In this document: in pieces, positions 1 to 10,571 of the stretch | Position numbering within the stretch: position 1 is the first letter of the stretch | Layout of the letters: the number at the start of each line of letters is the position of its first letter | Source: Spirulina sp. | GTDB lineage: Bacteria; Cyanobacteriota; Cyanobacteriia; Phormidesmidales; Phormidesmidaceae | NCBI GenBank assembly: GCA_044070495.1 | Contig: JBIPSI010000026.1 | Span: 1-64,000 of the forward strand | Reading direction: 5' to 3' | Length of the DNA: 64,000 bases | Program-made: the position numbers and the translations under genes | The notes under the pieces: model-generated | Told to the model about the DNA's origin: nothing | The model's database searches: none | What the model saw: only the letters and a program-made list of their open reading frames with translations

Positions 1-165
<165 letters not shown>

Positions 166-218
166 TCCTCTGTGACCCGTCCATGAATCAGCTAGCGATA
201 AGCGATAATTGACTATGA

Positions 219-250
219 AAAGAGCGCTCCTCGCATGGGGGGCGCTTTTT
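219..250 (+). terminator. Intrinsic terminator after psbA
   Basis: AGAGCGCTCCTC-GCAT-GGGGGGCGCTTT hairpin running into T tract. Confidence 0.85.
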
Positions 251-385
251 GTGGCTCCCTCGCGGTATAAGGTGTTGGGTCATTGGCAGTTTCGATTTAA
301 GGACAGATGTTTCTCTGTCTGTCTTCCCTACCGAAACGGAGTGTCTGTGCTAGATTGGGCGTAATTAGCTGCAAAACCACTTCCC

Positions 386-1684
386 ATGACTATTGCAAAG
401 CGAGGACTGATGTTAGGTGCAACTGCTCTGGCTGTAGCTGCTATCACCGTCACCGGGGCTGGCATCCATCTGTCTCAAAGTAAAGCCTTCTTTGAGGAAA
501 GCCCAAAAGAGTTGATTGATGAGGTTTGGCAGCTTATTAATCGGAATTATGTAGATGCCACCTTTAACCAGGTTGACTGGGAGGCGGTGCGAACCGAGTA
601 CTTAGGTCGAGAGTATACCAATCAGGAAGAGGCCTACGTTGCTGTCCGAGAAATGTTGGAACGGCTTGAGGATCCCTATACTCGATTCATGGATCCTGAA
701 GAGTTCCGCAACATGCAGATTGATACCTCCGGGGAGTTAACCGGGGTCGGCATTCAAATCTCCCAGGACGAGGACACCAAGGAAATTGTCGTCGTTGCGC
801 CCATCGAAGATACGCCAGCCTTTGAGGCAGGGATTCGATCCAAGGATGTCATCTTAGAGATTGATGGCGAATCCACCGAGGGAATGGAACTGAATGATGC
901 GGTCAGCCTTATTCGGGGGCCCGTAGGCTCTGAGGTGATGCTGACGATCCGACGGGGGGAAGAAACCCTAGAGGTGCCCATCGTTCGAGCCCGCATTGAA
1001 ATTCATCCCGTACGCTACGATGTGCAGACAGGCCCGGAAGGCCCAGTCGGTTATATTCGGCTCACTCAGTTTAGTGCTAACGCCGCCACCGAAATGAGTG
1101 AAGCTATCCAGGATCTAGAGACTCAAAACGTGACGGGTTACATTCTAGATCTGCGCTCCAATCCCGGTGGTCTACTCTACGCCAGCATCGATATTGCTCA
1201 AATGTGGCTGAATGAGGGCACAATTGTTTCTACCGTTAATCGTCAGGGTGTTGTAGACGAAGAGGTAGCTAGCAACCGAGCGTTGACGACGCGACCTCTG
1301 GTGGTGCTAGTAGACGGCGGATCGGCCAGTGCTAGCGAGATTCTGTCTGGGGCACTGCAAGATAATCAGCGGGCGGTGCTTGTTGGTAGCCGCACCTTTG
1401 GTAAGGGACTGGTGCAGTCGGTGCGCAGCCTTGCCGATGGTTCTGGGGTGGCGGTAACGGTAGCCAAATACCTCACCCCCAGTGGTCGGGACATTAACAA
1501 ACACGGTATTGACCCCGATATCCCCATCGAACTGACGGAGGAACAGCGGGAACTCCTCGCCTCGGATCGAGAGTTGATTGGTACGGCGGATGATCCCCAG
1601 TATTCAGAGGCTCTGAACGTCCTTAGCCAGGAAATTCAAGAGGCTCGGCGGGGCAATAATGTAACCACCGCTCCAGCAAATTAG
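386..1684 (+). CDS. Carboxyl-terminal processing protease, S41A family (CtpC-like paralogue by N-terminus)
   Basis: Signal peptide, PDZ (GVGIQI), DLRSNPGG, SASASEI catalytic Ser, TFGKG catalytic Lys. Confidence 0.93.
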   Translation: MTIAKRGLMLGATALAVAAITVTGAGIHLSQSKAFFEESPKELIDEVWQLINRNYVDATFNQVDWEAVRTEYLGREYTNQEEAYVAVREMLERLEDPYTRFMDPEEFRNMQIDTSGELTGVGIQISQDEDTKEIVVVAPIEDTPAFEAGIRSKDVILEIDGESTEGMELNDAVSLIRGPVGSEVMLTIRRGEETLEVPIVRARIEIHPVRYDVQTGPEGPVGYIRLTQFSANAATEMSEAIQDLETQNVTGYILDLRSNPGGLLYASIDIAQMWLNEGTIVSTVNRQGVVDEEVASNRALTTRPLVVLVDGGSASASEILSGALQDNQRAVLVGSRTFGKGLVQSVRSLADGSGVAVTVAKYLTPSGRDINKHGIDPDIPIELTEEQRELLASDRELIGTADDPQYSEALNVLSQEIQEARRGNNVTTAPAN

Positions 1685-1851
1685 CCGCTTAATGCTAACG
1701 TCATGATCGCGGGAACCATCGGCTCGGCGATGGCTAGATCAGGAATCTTCTAGGGGCATTCCTGGGAGAGGATGCGTCCAGACCTGCATCCCTTTGCCAC
1801 GGCTTTGAGTGGTTGTTGGGCGGATTGATAACTGTTTTGGCTAGGTGAGCG

Positions 1852-2094
1852 ATGAGTTCGGTATTGGATGGCGTTGATTCTCAGGTGGTGCTGCTCATTG
1901 CGGCGGTTGTGGTCGTGGTGCTGGGTTTCCGGCTGATTTTCCAGATTTTCAGGGTGGGAGCCGGGTCGATTTTGGGCATTGTGGCGATTATTTTAGGCTT
2001 GCAATATCTATTTGGCATTGCGCCCAAGCAGCTTTGGTTTGAGATCGGCCACCTGCCCCAGATGGCGATGCGTTTTTTCCAGAGCTTGGCTTAA
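1852..2094 (+). CDS. Small hypothetical membrane protein
   Basis: 80 aa, two hydrophobic segments, fills intergenic gap. Confidence 0.7.
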   Translation: MSSVLDGVDSQVVLLIAAVVVVVLGFRLIFQIFRVGAGSILGIVAIILGLQYLFGIAPKQLWFEIGHLPQMAMRFFQSLA

Positions 2095-2186
2095 CGGGTC
2101 TTGGGCGAACTTCGGATCATGCCCCGGTACGCTATGTTGGGGGCGGTTGTGGTTAGCCCACGCCTGTTGCAGATATTTCCAGCGTT

Positions 2187-3827
2187 GTGATCGATCTCAC
2201 CCTTGCATCCCAAGTCGCTGTCCTGCCATCCCTGCTGGGCAGTTTGTTGACCGATGCCACGGATTTGGCCATTGAGCGCAACCTCAAAGCCTTTTTGCCC
2301 GTGCTGCTAGTGGCCCTAAGTGCGGCTAGCTTGCCCCGGATTTTTCCGCCCCTGCGGCAAGTGCCCTACACCCTGCTGCTGGTCGTTGTGGGGTTGGGGC
2401 TGGCCCTGGTGGAGGTGCGGCTGATTGACCTATCGCCGGGGATGATTCTCCTCATTTTTCTGCCGCCCATTCTGTTTGAGGCGGCCTGGAAAATGAAGTG
2501 GCCGGACTTGCGCCAGCAGATCGTCCCTAGCAGTTTGTTTGCCATTGGCAGCGTGCCCGTGTCGATTTTGGGCATTGGCTGGGCTTTGCACCACTGGATG
2601 CAGGTCCCCTGGACGACGGCCCTGCTGACGGGGGCCTGTCTGGCGGCCACGGATTCGGCCTCGGTGTTGGGGGTGTTTCGCGCAGTGGGGGCGGGGCAAC
2701 GGCTGACGACACTCCTGGAAGGGGAAAGCCTGTTCAACGATGGCGCTGCCGTGGTGGCCTTTAGCGTGCTGCTAGAGCAGGCCATTGATCCCCAGCCCAT
2801 CGACCTCACGACCACCCTGGTGCAGTTTCTGATTGTCAGCAGCATTGGCCTGGGGGTGGGCGGACTAATTGGCACCGCTGTGGCCCTGCTCACCCAGCGC
2901 TACGATCTGGCCTGGGTGGAGCAATCCCTCAGTTTGGTGACCGCCTACGGGGCTTACCTACTGGCGGAGGACTTCGGCGGATCGGGGGTGATTGCCGTGG
3001 TGGCGGCGGGCTTGGTGATTGGCAACCTGGGCCTAGTGCCGGGAACGCGCCCCCAAAAGCGCCCCACCATGGTGGAATTTTGGGAGTTCACGATTTTTTT
3101 GGTCAACTCCATTGTGTTTCTGCTGCTGGGGGATCAGGTATTGTTTCCCTACTTCATTGAGCACATTGGCACTAGCGTGGTGGCCATCATCGCCGTAGTG
3201 CTGTCCCGCGCCGTGGCCATTTTTGGCTTCAGTGCCCTGAGTGGACTGATCACCCGATCCCCCATCCCCTGGGCCGAGCAAACGGTGTTGTGGTGGGTGG
3301 GGTTGCGGGGTTCCGTGGCCATTGCCCTGGCCCTCAGCATTCCCGATTTAGTGACGGATCGGCAGCAAATTATCTCCAATTCCTTTGGCGTTGTTTTGTT
3401 TACCCTGCTGGTTCAAGGGCTGACCACCAAACCGCTGCTGGATGGCCTCCACCTACTGGATCGGCAAAAGTACCAGACTCAATACCTAGAACGACTGGCC
3501 CAACGGATGGCCCTAGAACGCATTCAGCAGTACCTCAGCCTGCCCCAAACCCAGACCCAACTGGGGGCCGAGACCTGCGTAGCCGAACTACAAACCGTTA
3601 CCCAGCGCCTAGAACAAATTACCCAGGACATCGACCAACTCCAGACGGATTATCCCGATCTCGACGCCTTGGTGGAACAGAAACACCAGAACCAGCTTCA
3701 GGCCATCGAAGCCGCCACCTATAATCAACTCATCCAAGAGGGCTGGCTCCAAAAAGCTCCTCCGTCGGCACTGTCCTGGATCCACAGCCCCTTTCTCGAT
3801 CCGAAACAGTCGCAGGGAACGTCGTAA
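2187..3827 (+). CDS. Na+/H+ antiporter, CPA1/NhaP family
   Basis: FLPPILFEAA, AATD, EGESLFNDG, GLRGSV motifs; about 12 TM segments and soluble C-tail. Confidence 0.92.
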   Translation: MIDLTLASQVAVLPSLLGSLLTDATDLAIERNLKAFLPVLLVALSAASLPRIFPPLRQVPYTLLLVVVGLGLALVEVRLIDLSPGMILLIFLPPILFEAAWKMKWPDLRQQIVPSSLFAIGSVPVSILGIGWALHHWMQVPWTTALLTGACLAATDSASVLGVFRAVGAGQRLTTLLEGESLFNDGAAVVAFSVLLEQAIDPQPIDLTTTLVQFLIVSSIGLGVGGLIGTAVALLTQRYDLAWVEQSLSLVTAYGAYLLAEDFGGSGVIAVVAAGLVIGNLGLVPGTRPQKRPTMVEFWEFTIFLVNSIVFLLLGDQVLFPYFIEHIGTSVVAIIAVVLSRAVAIFGFSALSGLITRSPIPWAEQTVLWWVGLRGSVAIALALSIPDLVTDRQQIISNSFGVVLFTLLVQGLTTKPLLDGLHLLDRQKYQTQYLERLAQRMALERIQQYLSLPQTQTQLGAETCVAELQTVTQRLEQITQDIDQLQTDYPDLDALVEQKHQNQLQAIEAATYNQLIQEGWLQKAPPSALSWIHSPFLDPKQSQGTS

Positions 3828-3905
3828 GTCGATGTCATCCTCAATCCGGTTTGCTTGCCTCCGGTATGGCTGTAGTCCGTTTGGTTGAGGCGTTTCTCCT
3901 TTAAA

Positions 3906-4021
3906 GGTTAGAACGTTGGACGGTTGGAGGGTTAGAGCGTTGGAAGGTTAGAACGTTGGACGGTTAGAACGTTGGACGGTTGGAGGGTTAGAGCGTTGGA
4001 AGGTTGGAAGGTTGGAGGGTT
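3906..4021. repeat. Tandem octamer array, 14.5 units of (G/C)GTT(A/G)GA(A/C/G)
   Basis: ggttagaa cgttggac ggttggag ggttagag cgttggaa ... read directly. Confidence 0.95.
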
Positions 4022-4061
4022 GTCTGAATGTCCTGACCTAAGTGGCTATGGCTATATCAAC

Positions 4062-4084
4062 GGGCGAGAAGACTTGGCCCCTAC
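4062..4084 (-). repeat. GTAG-family REP copy (degenerate)
   Basis: gggcgagaagacttggcccctac, reverse complement of consensus GTAGGGGCRAGGTCTCCTCGCCC. Confidence 0.75.
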
Positions 4085-4146
4085 CTTTGGCGGGTTGAGA
4101 ATCGGGGTTATGTCCTTCGGATTTACGATAAATCTATGGCTCTGAG

Positions 4147-5331
4147 CTAGGATTCTGCCCGTTCGTTGGCGGTCATGGGAGACATTTCGGCGGTCACCAA
4201 CACCCGTTCCGCTGTATCTTGGCGACGGCTACGCAGGGCGTCTAGGGCTTCTTTAACCACCACGGCGGCGGGTACGGCCACAATCACCCCAAGCAGACCA
4301 CCCACCCTGGCCCCCGACAGAATGGCAATGAACACCCAAAAGGGATTGAGGCCCGTGACGCTGCCCAGCACCCTGGGGGCTAGGCCGTTTTCCACCACCT
4401 GCTGCACAATCACCGAGCCAATCAGCATGGGGATGGCGATTTTAATATCCCGCAAGGCCACCAGCAGCGTGGTGAGCACGACGCCCACGGTGCCGCCAAA
4501 GGGGATTAGGGCCAGCAGACCCACGGTGAGGCCAAACAGCGACCCAAAGGGCACATTAATTAGGCTGTAGATCACCGTTAGGGCAGCCCCCAGGCAACTG
4601 GCGACAATGAGCTGACCTAAAAAGTAGTTGCGAAAGCTAGACCGCAGGGTTTCCGAAAAGGGCCGCTGAACGGGGGTGGGCAGCAGCCCAACCAGACTGC
4701 CCCACACCTCTTCGCCGTGTTGCAGCAGGTAAAAGGTGAGCACCACCGTCAGCACCACATCCAGCAGTTTGTTGGCGGTGAAGAAGGCGACATTGAGGGT
4801 GAGGTTGAGGGCTTCCCCGGCAATGGTTTGAATTTCCCGCCGCAGTCGATCCGTGGTTTGGGTAATCAGGCCATCCAGGTTAACGGGCCAGCCCCACTCG
4901 GCAAATTTGCTGTCTAGCATCATTAATTGCACCTTGCCGGAGTCGAACCATTCCGGCAAGCGGCCCACCAGTTGCTGGCCCTGATCGACCACAAAGGGCA
5001 CCACCGTTAGCGCTAGGGCGGCAAACCCCACCAGGGCAAAGATCAACACTAGCACCGCCGCCAAGCCCCGCTTCAGACCCGCCCGTTCCAGGCTAGCCAT
5101 GGGATAACTAAGCAGGAAAGCTAGCAGGGCCGCAATCAACACCGTGACCGCAATGGAGCGAAAATAGCCAAAAATGATGGAAATAGCCCAGATATTTAGC
5201 ACCAGCAGCGGCGTAGCCAGCATCACCGCCGCCGACTGGGCAACGGGGTTCAGCTGACTCCACCAGCGGGTTAACCAACTTCGGGTTTCAGGCAACGGGG
5301 CAGCGGCAGAGGGGTTGTCCGTCTGAATCAT
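4147..5331 (-). CDS. AI-2E/PerM family transporter
   Basis: Multi-TM, LIPFGG and GLNPFWVFIAILSGARVGGLLG motifs; start moved to ATG at 5331. Confidence 0.88.
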   Translation of the reverse strand: MIQTDNPSAAAPLPETRSWLTRWWSQLNPVAQSAAVMLATPLLVLNIWAISIIFGYFRSIAVTVLIAALLAFLLSYPMASLERAGLKRGLAAVLVLIFALVGFAALALTVVPFVVDQGQQLVGRLPEWFDSGKVQLMMLDSKFAEWGWPVNLDGLITQTTDRLRREIQTIAGEALNLTLNVAFFTANKLLDVVLTVVLTFYLLQHGEEVWGSLVGLLPTPVQRPFSETLRSSFRNYFLGQLIVASCLGAALTVIYSLINVPFGSLFGLTVGLLALIPFGGTVGVVLTTLLVALRDIKIAIPMLIGSVIVQQVVENGLAPRVLGSVTGLNPFWVFIAILSGARVGGLLGVIVAVPAAVVVKEALDALRSRRQDTAERVLVTAEMSPMTANERAES

Positions 5332-5648
5332 GGTGGCCACGCAGGGGACGATGAAGGGGTGCAGACTTATCCTAAGCTTAGACTTCAGGAAAACCAAGGA
5401 GATGTTGACCTCGGTTCCGTTGGGTCGCCTGCGGCGGTTGGCACGGATCCCTACTCTCATCGTCTAGGAAACCGAACCTGTCCTAGACGGTGGGTTTGTT
5501 ACGCTTGAGCTAGTGCAATGGACTACCCTATAGATTCTGAGCGTGGATTGGAAAGCGTACAGGAGAATGGGGGAAATTCCCCCTGCTGACTCGCGATCTA
5601 CTACAGTCAACGGCTGCTAGTAGTTGACTTGAGCTTTCGTTTACCCAA

Positions 5649-5704
5649 TTAAGTTCGCCAGATTCAATTCGCTAGCTTAAGTTCGTTAGATTCAATTCAT
5701 TAGA
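5649..5704 (+). repeat. Four tandem 14-bp repeats in the dnaJ-like leader
   Basis: ttaagttcgccaga ttcaattcgctagc ttaagttcgttaga ttcaattcattaga. Confidence 0.85.
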
Positions 5705-5739
5705 GTTAGACCCATCATTCGCAGGTTAGGAGGACGATT

Positions 5740-6735
5740 ATGGCGGCTACTGGCTTCAAAGACTACTACGCCGTATTAGGGGTCGGTAGAACCGCCGGGG
5801 TGGATGAGATTAAGCAATCCTTTCGGAAATTGGCCCGCAAGTATCACCCCGACGTGAACCCTGGCGACAAAAATGCCGAGGCCCGCTTCAAAGAGGTGAG
5901 CGAAGCCTATGAGGTGCTGTCTGACCCCGATAAACGCAAGAAATACGACCAGTTTGGCCAATATTGGCAGCAGGCCGAGCGGGCTGGGTCCGGGGCCGGG
6001 GCGGGCTACGGCACTCCTGGCGACTTTGGCGGCTTTGATTTCAGCAACTACGGCAGCTTCGACGAATTTATTAACGAACTGCTGGGCCGTTTTGGCAACT
6101 CAGCGGCGGGTGGCTCCCGCACCCGTAGCTATCCCTACGGCAGCCCCAGCGGGTTTGGTGGCCCTGGGGCTGGGTTTGACCCCACCATGGCCTCCCAGTC
6201 CTTCGACCAAGAGGCCAACATTAGCCTAAGCTTCAGCGAAGCCTTCCACGGCACCCAAAAACGTCTGCGCATCGGCAGCGACGAGGTGGAGGTACGGATT
6301 CCCCCCGGTGCCAAGCAGGGCAGCAAGGTGCGCCTGAAGGGCAAGGGCCAGATGAACCCCTACAGCAAACAGCGGGGCGATGTGTACTTAGTGGTGCAGC
6401 TCACCCCCCACGCCCTGTTCAAATTTGAGGGGGACAACCTCGTCTGCGACTTGCCCATCACCCCCGACGAGGCCGTACTGGGCGGCAAAATTGACGTACC
6501 CACCCCCGATGGCCCCGTCACCATGAACCTACCCGCTGGCATCAAATCTGGCCAAACCCTGCGCCTGCGCGGCAAGGGCTGGCCCAGCCCCAAGGGCAAC
6601 CGGGGCGATCAGTTGGTGACCGTGGTGATCACGCCCCCCAGCCAACTCAGCGATGACCTCCGCCATCTCTACGAAAAAATCCGTGACCTGCGCCAAGATA
6701 CCCCCCGCCAAGCCCTGACGAATACGCGCCTGTAG
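5740..6735 (+). CDS. DnaJ class B / CbpA-like co-chaperone
   Basis: J domain with HPD, G/F-rich linker, C-terminal domain, no zinc finger; AGGAGG RBS. Confidence 0.93.
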   Translation: MAATGFKDYYAVLGVGRTAGVDEIKQSFRKLARKYHPDVNPGDKNAEARFKEVSEAYEVLSDPDKRKKYDQFGQYWQQAERAGSGAGAGYGTPGDFGGFDFSNYGSFDEFINELLGRFGNSAAGGSRTRSYPYGSPSGFGGPGAGFDPTMASQSFDQEANISLSFSEAFHGTQKRLRIGSDEVEVRIPPGAKQGSKVRLKGKGQMNPYSKQRGDVYLVVQLTPHALFKFEGDNLVCDLPITPDEAVLGGKIDVPTPDGPVTMNLPAGIKSGQTLRLRGKGWPSPKGNRGDQLVTVVITPPSQLSDDLRHLYEKIRDLRQDTPRQALTNTRL

Positions 6736-6782
6736 CGGTAGGGCTGTCGTGAAAGCACCCTGCCGGACTAGAAGACCGTTAT

Positions 6783-6850
6783 AGAAACCCGGTTTCTACG
6801 CTTGGAAAGACCAGATCCCGTGGGCGCACCGACAAAGAAACCGGGTTTCT
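6783..6850. repeat. 68-bp element bounded by AGAAACC(C/G)GGTTTCT palindromes, copy 1
   Basis: 59/68 identical to 30598..30665 by manual alignment. Confidence 0.9.
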
Positions 6851-6870
6851 CTGAGGACTAAACCGATACC

Positions 6871-8256
6871 CTAGATCGGTCCTTGCCATGATAGGACTTG
6901 TTCCGCCGCGCTATTCCCCAAGGAACGTAGGGCGGTGATTTCCAGTTGGGCGTAGGTGCCAGGACGCAGGGATCGGGCATCAATGGGAAGTTGTCCTAGG
7001 GCTAACTCAAATCGATTATTGGTCAACGACACCACCTCTGACGGCAGGATGCCCTCGTAGGCGGTGGTGTAGCGGGGGCGGCGGCTATCCCCTAGGTTGT
7101 CAGTGGTGGTTCTCAGGGTGACGCGAAATTGGGTCTCCACAAAGGCCGATTCACCGCCCAAATCCAGCACAACCGCCCGCAGATTGGGGCCTTGGCCCTG
7201 GGTGCCGCCCCAGGCCAACCGAGTGACATCCTGGCGACGGGCAGCTCGGTTGATCGTGAGCGTCATCCCGGTGCCTTCGGTTTGGGTGCGGTAGTCGGCC
7301 CATAGGTCGTCCGAAAACGTGGCGGCTAGGGTACCATCGGGCTGAATTTCAGCGGTGACGTTTTCTGCCGCAAATAGGCTAATGGGCCTTGCCGCCTGCC
7401 AGTTGAGCCGCACCGTGCCCGCCACCCGTCCGGTGTAGACCTGGTAGCTGTCTCGCACCTGCGAACCGATGGCCAGCAGGGCGTTGGCCCCAGAACGGGT
7501 TTCCCACAGGTTGCGCGAAAGGGCGAGAGGCTGGGCGGCAAAGGTGGTCAATTGTGCGGATTGAGAGGGGTTTTCCGGCTGTAGCGGATCAAGCTGATTT
7601 ACCAGCCAGAGTTGACCATCCTCTCCGGCACGACCATCGGGGCCGGGGCGTCCCTGGGCACCATCCCGTCCGTCACGGCACCGATAGCGGTGGGTTTGGC
7701 AGCGATAGTCGCTCTGGCCTGGAGTGCCTGTACAGGTTTGCCGCTCCCACCGATACACCCGGCAGCGACAGCCCAGGGTACCCCGTCCGCCCCGTCCGCC
7801 CCGTCCGCCTGGGCCGCCCACGGAGGTAACCGAAAGGCGCTGAAGCTGCGCTAAATCGCGGTAGTAAACGGTTAAATTGCCGCCGCTGCCCCCATCGCCC
7901 CCCCGTCCGCCGCTGCCCCCATCGCCACCGTGGGCGGCTTGCAGGTCGTGGGCCACATCCCTGGGCTGGCTCTCGCAGCGGGGACGATACCCCGCATCTC
8001 CGTCTTCTCCTTGCTCCCCCGCTGTCCCAGAGAGCATGAAGTTGGCTGGGTTGCCATCCGCAATCACATTGGCGGCGGTACCCGGTTGTCCATCTTGCCC
8101 TGGGCGTCCCTCCTGTCCGGCCTCGCCATGGCGGCCAAATAGCCGGGTTTCGTTGGCCCAGGCGATCATGGAGCAACCGCTGAGGCTGGGCAGGGATAAC
8201 GCCACAGCCCCCCCGATTAGGATCGTGGGTAAAGCCAGTGCAAACGCCCGTTTCAC
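6871..8256 (-). CDS. Gly-X-X repeat (collagen-like/glycine-rich) putative lipoprotein
   Basis: GTG start at 8256 with GGAGGA RBS, signal peptide ending LSGC, five short Gly-X-X tracts, Cys-rich insert. Confidence 0.8.
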   Translation of the reverse strand: MKRAFALALPTILIGGAVALSLPSLSGCSMIAWANETRLFGRHGEAGQEGRPGQDGQPGTAANVIADGNPANFMLSGTAGEQGEDGDAGYRPRCESQPRDVAHDLQAAHGGDGGSGGRGGDGGSGGNLTVYYRDLAQLQRLSVTSVGGPGGRGGRGGRGTLGCRCRVYRWERQTCTGTPGQSDYRCQTHRYRCRDGRDGAQGRPGPDGRAGEDGQLWLVNQLDPLQPENPSQSAQLTTFAAQPLALSRNLWETRSGANALLAIGSQVRDSYQVYTGRVAGTVRLNWQAARPISLFAAENVTAEIQPDGTLAATFSDDLWADYRTQTEGTGMTLTINRAARRQDVTRLAWGGTQGQGPNLRAVVLDLGGESAFVETQFRVTLRTTTDNLGDSRRPRYTTAYEGILPSEVVSLTNNRFELALGQLPIDARSLRPGTYAQLEITALRSLGNSAAEQVLSWQGPI

Positions 8257-8555
8257 AGGGAATCCTCCGGTTGATACAGGTGGCTCTATGCTACCCAGAC
8301 CGCCCCCGTGATGATGGAAGACTGTGCCAGATTCCTGGGCTATCCTAGGCCAACAGTTGGCACCATCCCCCCAGGAAGGTACAGCAATGACCACGACCAT
8401 CCTGGGAATTGCCGCCGTGTTTGATGTCCCCCAATAACGGCGGCACCCTAGCTCAGATAGCGGATCCAAAATCGGATGTGCTCTAACAATAGATTTTCAT
8501 CCTTGGGGGTGCCCCTAGTGAGTCAGGGACAGACGCTTGCGGATCCCCGCATGGT

Positions 8556-9143
8556 TTAGGACACCTCCTGAAGTTCCTGGGTGGCTTGGGCGGCGAGGGC
8601 TTTTTCCTTATCCAGCCTGCGTTTGCGGGCATAGAGCTGAATCGTTGCCGCCATGAACACCACTAGGCCGACCACAAGCCAGGTGGTGGCTCCGGTGGGG
8701 AAGCTGTTTTTGAAAATCACCAGCATCACAATCACCACCAGCAGCAGGGTAGGAGCTTCGTTCAAGGCTCGCAATTTCTGGCCAGACCACTGGCACTCGC
8801 CCCGCTGAAGCTGGCGCATCAGCCGACCGCAATAGAAGTGGTAGGCCAGCAGCAGCCCAACTAGGCCCAGCTTGATGTGCATCCAGCCATCTTTCAGGTA
8901 CTCCGGCATTTGCACCAGCAAACCCACGGCCATGGCCACCGTCACCACCATGCCGGGGGTGGTAATGATGTTGTAGAGCCGCCGCTCCATCAGTGCGTAC
9001 TGGTTCTTGAGGATGCTTTGGGCAGGTTCCGGCTCGGCCTCGGCTTCAACGTGGTAGATAAACAGGCGCACCAGGTAAAACAACCCCGCAAACCAGACGA
9101 CGACGCCAATAATGTGAAACGCTTTGAACCAGTAGTAGGCCAT
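8556..9143 (-). CDS. hemJ: Protoporphyrinogen IX oxidase HemJ
   Basis: WFKAFHIIGVVVWFAGLFYLVRLFIYH, MERRLY, RALNEAP. Confidence 0.95.
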   Translation of the reverse strand: MAYYWFKAFHIIGVVVWFAGLFYLVRLFIYHVEAEAEPEPAQSILKNQYALMERRLYNIITTPGMVVTVAMAVGLLVQMPEYLKDGWMHIKLGLVGLLLAYHFYCGRLMRQLQRGECQWSGQKLRALNEAPTLLLVVIVMLVIFKNSFPTGATTWLVVGLVVFMAATIQLYARKRRLDKEKALAAQATQELQEVS

Positions 9144-9428
9144 AGGACTCTTTAAAACTTGTGCGGCAAGGGTTGGAAAAATTGAGATGTCATCCTTGGG
9201 CTAGGACGCCGCATACCCAAGCCCTAACCTAGAGGCCAAGAACAGCTTGGTTAGGGTGAATATTGCGAACCGTTAAGCCCGTTTTTCATTGTTATGCAGA
9301 GGCCAACCCCTGGGAAGGAACCTGCGATGGTTCTTAACGTTTGGGCCATCCCCCTCCCCAGGATAGGCATAGCGCTGGCCCTGGGCCTGATCCTATGATC
9401 GGGGGCGTCCCTTACCTGTTGGAGCCCG

Positions 9429-10028
9429 ATGGCTTACGAATTAGCTCCCTTGCCCTACGCCTACGATGCCCTAGCGCCCCACATCTCGAAAAGCACCCTA
9501 GAGTTCCACCACGACAAGCACCATGCCGCCTACGTGAACAACTACAACAAGGCCGTAGCGGGTACCCCCCACGACAGCCAACCCATTGAAGCGGTGATCA
9601 CAGCCATTGCCGGGGATGCCTCGATGCAGGGGGTATTTAACAATGCCGCCCAAGCCTGGAACCACACTTTTTACTGGAACTCCATCAAGCCCGGTGGCGG
9701 CGGTGCCCCTACGGGGGAACTGGCCCAAAAAATTGAGGCCGACTTCGGTGGCTACGACCAGTTTGTGGAAGCCTTCAAAACCGCTGGGGCTACCCAGTTC
9801 GGCAGCGGTTGGGCCTGGTTGGTGCTGGAGAACGGCACCCTAAAAGTGACCAAAACCGCCAACGCCGATAACCCCCTCACCGCTGGCCAAGTGCCCCTGA
9901 TTACCATGGATGTGTGGGAACACGCCTACTATTTGGACTACCAAAACCGCCGTCCCGACTACATCGACACCTTCCTTAAGCACCTAGTGAACTGGGACTT
10001 TGCCGCCCAGAACTTCGCCAGCGCCTAG
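9429..10028 (+). CDS. sodB: Fe superoxide dismutase
   Basis: HHDKHH, NNAAQAWNH (Fe-type), FGSGWAWL, DVWEHAYY. Confidence 0.95.
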   Translation: MAYELAPLPYAYDALAPHISKSTLEFHHDKHHAAYVNNYNKAVAGTPHDSQPIEAVITAIAGDASMQGVFNNAAQAWNHTFYWNSIKPGGGGAPTGELAQKIEADFGGYDQFVEAFKTAGATQFGSGWAWLVLENGTLKVTKTANADNPLTAGQVPLITMDVWEHAYYLDYQNRRPDYIDTFLKHLVNWDFAAQNFASA

Positions 10029-10043
10029 AAGATCGGCACAGCA

Positions 10044-10113
10044 AGCAACCCGGTTTTTGGGTCAAAAGAGCTCAGCCCTGCCGATGGCGCGACACCCCAA
10101 AAGCCGGGTTTTT
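10044..10113. repeat. Degenerate copy of the double-palindrome element
   Basis: agcaacccggttttt ... aaaagccgggttttt just after sodB. Confidence 0.7.
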
Positions 10114-10213
10114 AGCGAAAATCCGAATTCCATACGTGCCGTTAGGGGATGGGTGGTGGCCTATTTCCCTTTTCTTTGCCATAACGAAGTCAGCCCTCTC
10201 TCCCAAGGCCTCC

Positions 10214-10444
10214 ATGCTGTTTGCCGACCCCGACTACCCCCATGTGGTGATGTCCTTTGCCTATCGCGGTTTTTGGTTAGAGATTGACCAAAGCGAAGAT
10301 CAAGGTCTGCCGCTGTTTGCCGTGTGGGCCACCTACGACCGGGGCTGTGCCGTGGCGGTGCCCGGTGTCTACAGCCGCCGCGAAGCCATCTACAAAGCCA
10401 AACGCTGGGTCGATCAGCGCCTCAAAACCCAGCCGCCCGCCTGA
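10214..10444 (+). CDS. Small hypothetical protein
   Basis: MLFADPDYPHVVMSFAYRGFWLEID...; globular-looking 76 aa from ATG at 10214. Confidence 0.7.
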   Translation: MLFADPDYPHVVMSFAYRGFWLEIDQSEDQGLPLFAVWATYDRGCAVAVPGVYSRREAIYKAKRWVDQRLKTQPPA

Positions 10445-10571
10445 CTCTCCCTATTTTCCCGTACGGGCGCACCGCTGTGCGCCCCAACCCTTGCGGTGCG
10501 CCCTAACCCTTCAAGCCTCGCCTGCCCCAACGCGCTAGCATACGAGCATCCCGTCGCGACCTGTTCTGCCC

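Noticed and set aside
3906..4021. Possible CRISPR array
   Set aside because: Contiguous 8-bp units with no unique spacers and no cas genes
10461..10503. GTAC-headed hairpin gggcgcaccgctgtgcgccc as a further REP family
   Set aside because: One and a half copies in the window; too few to call a family
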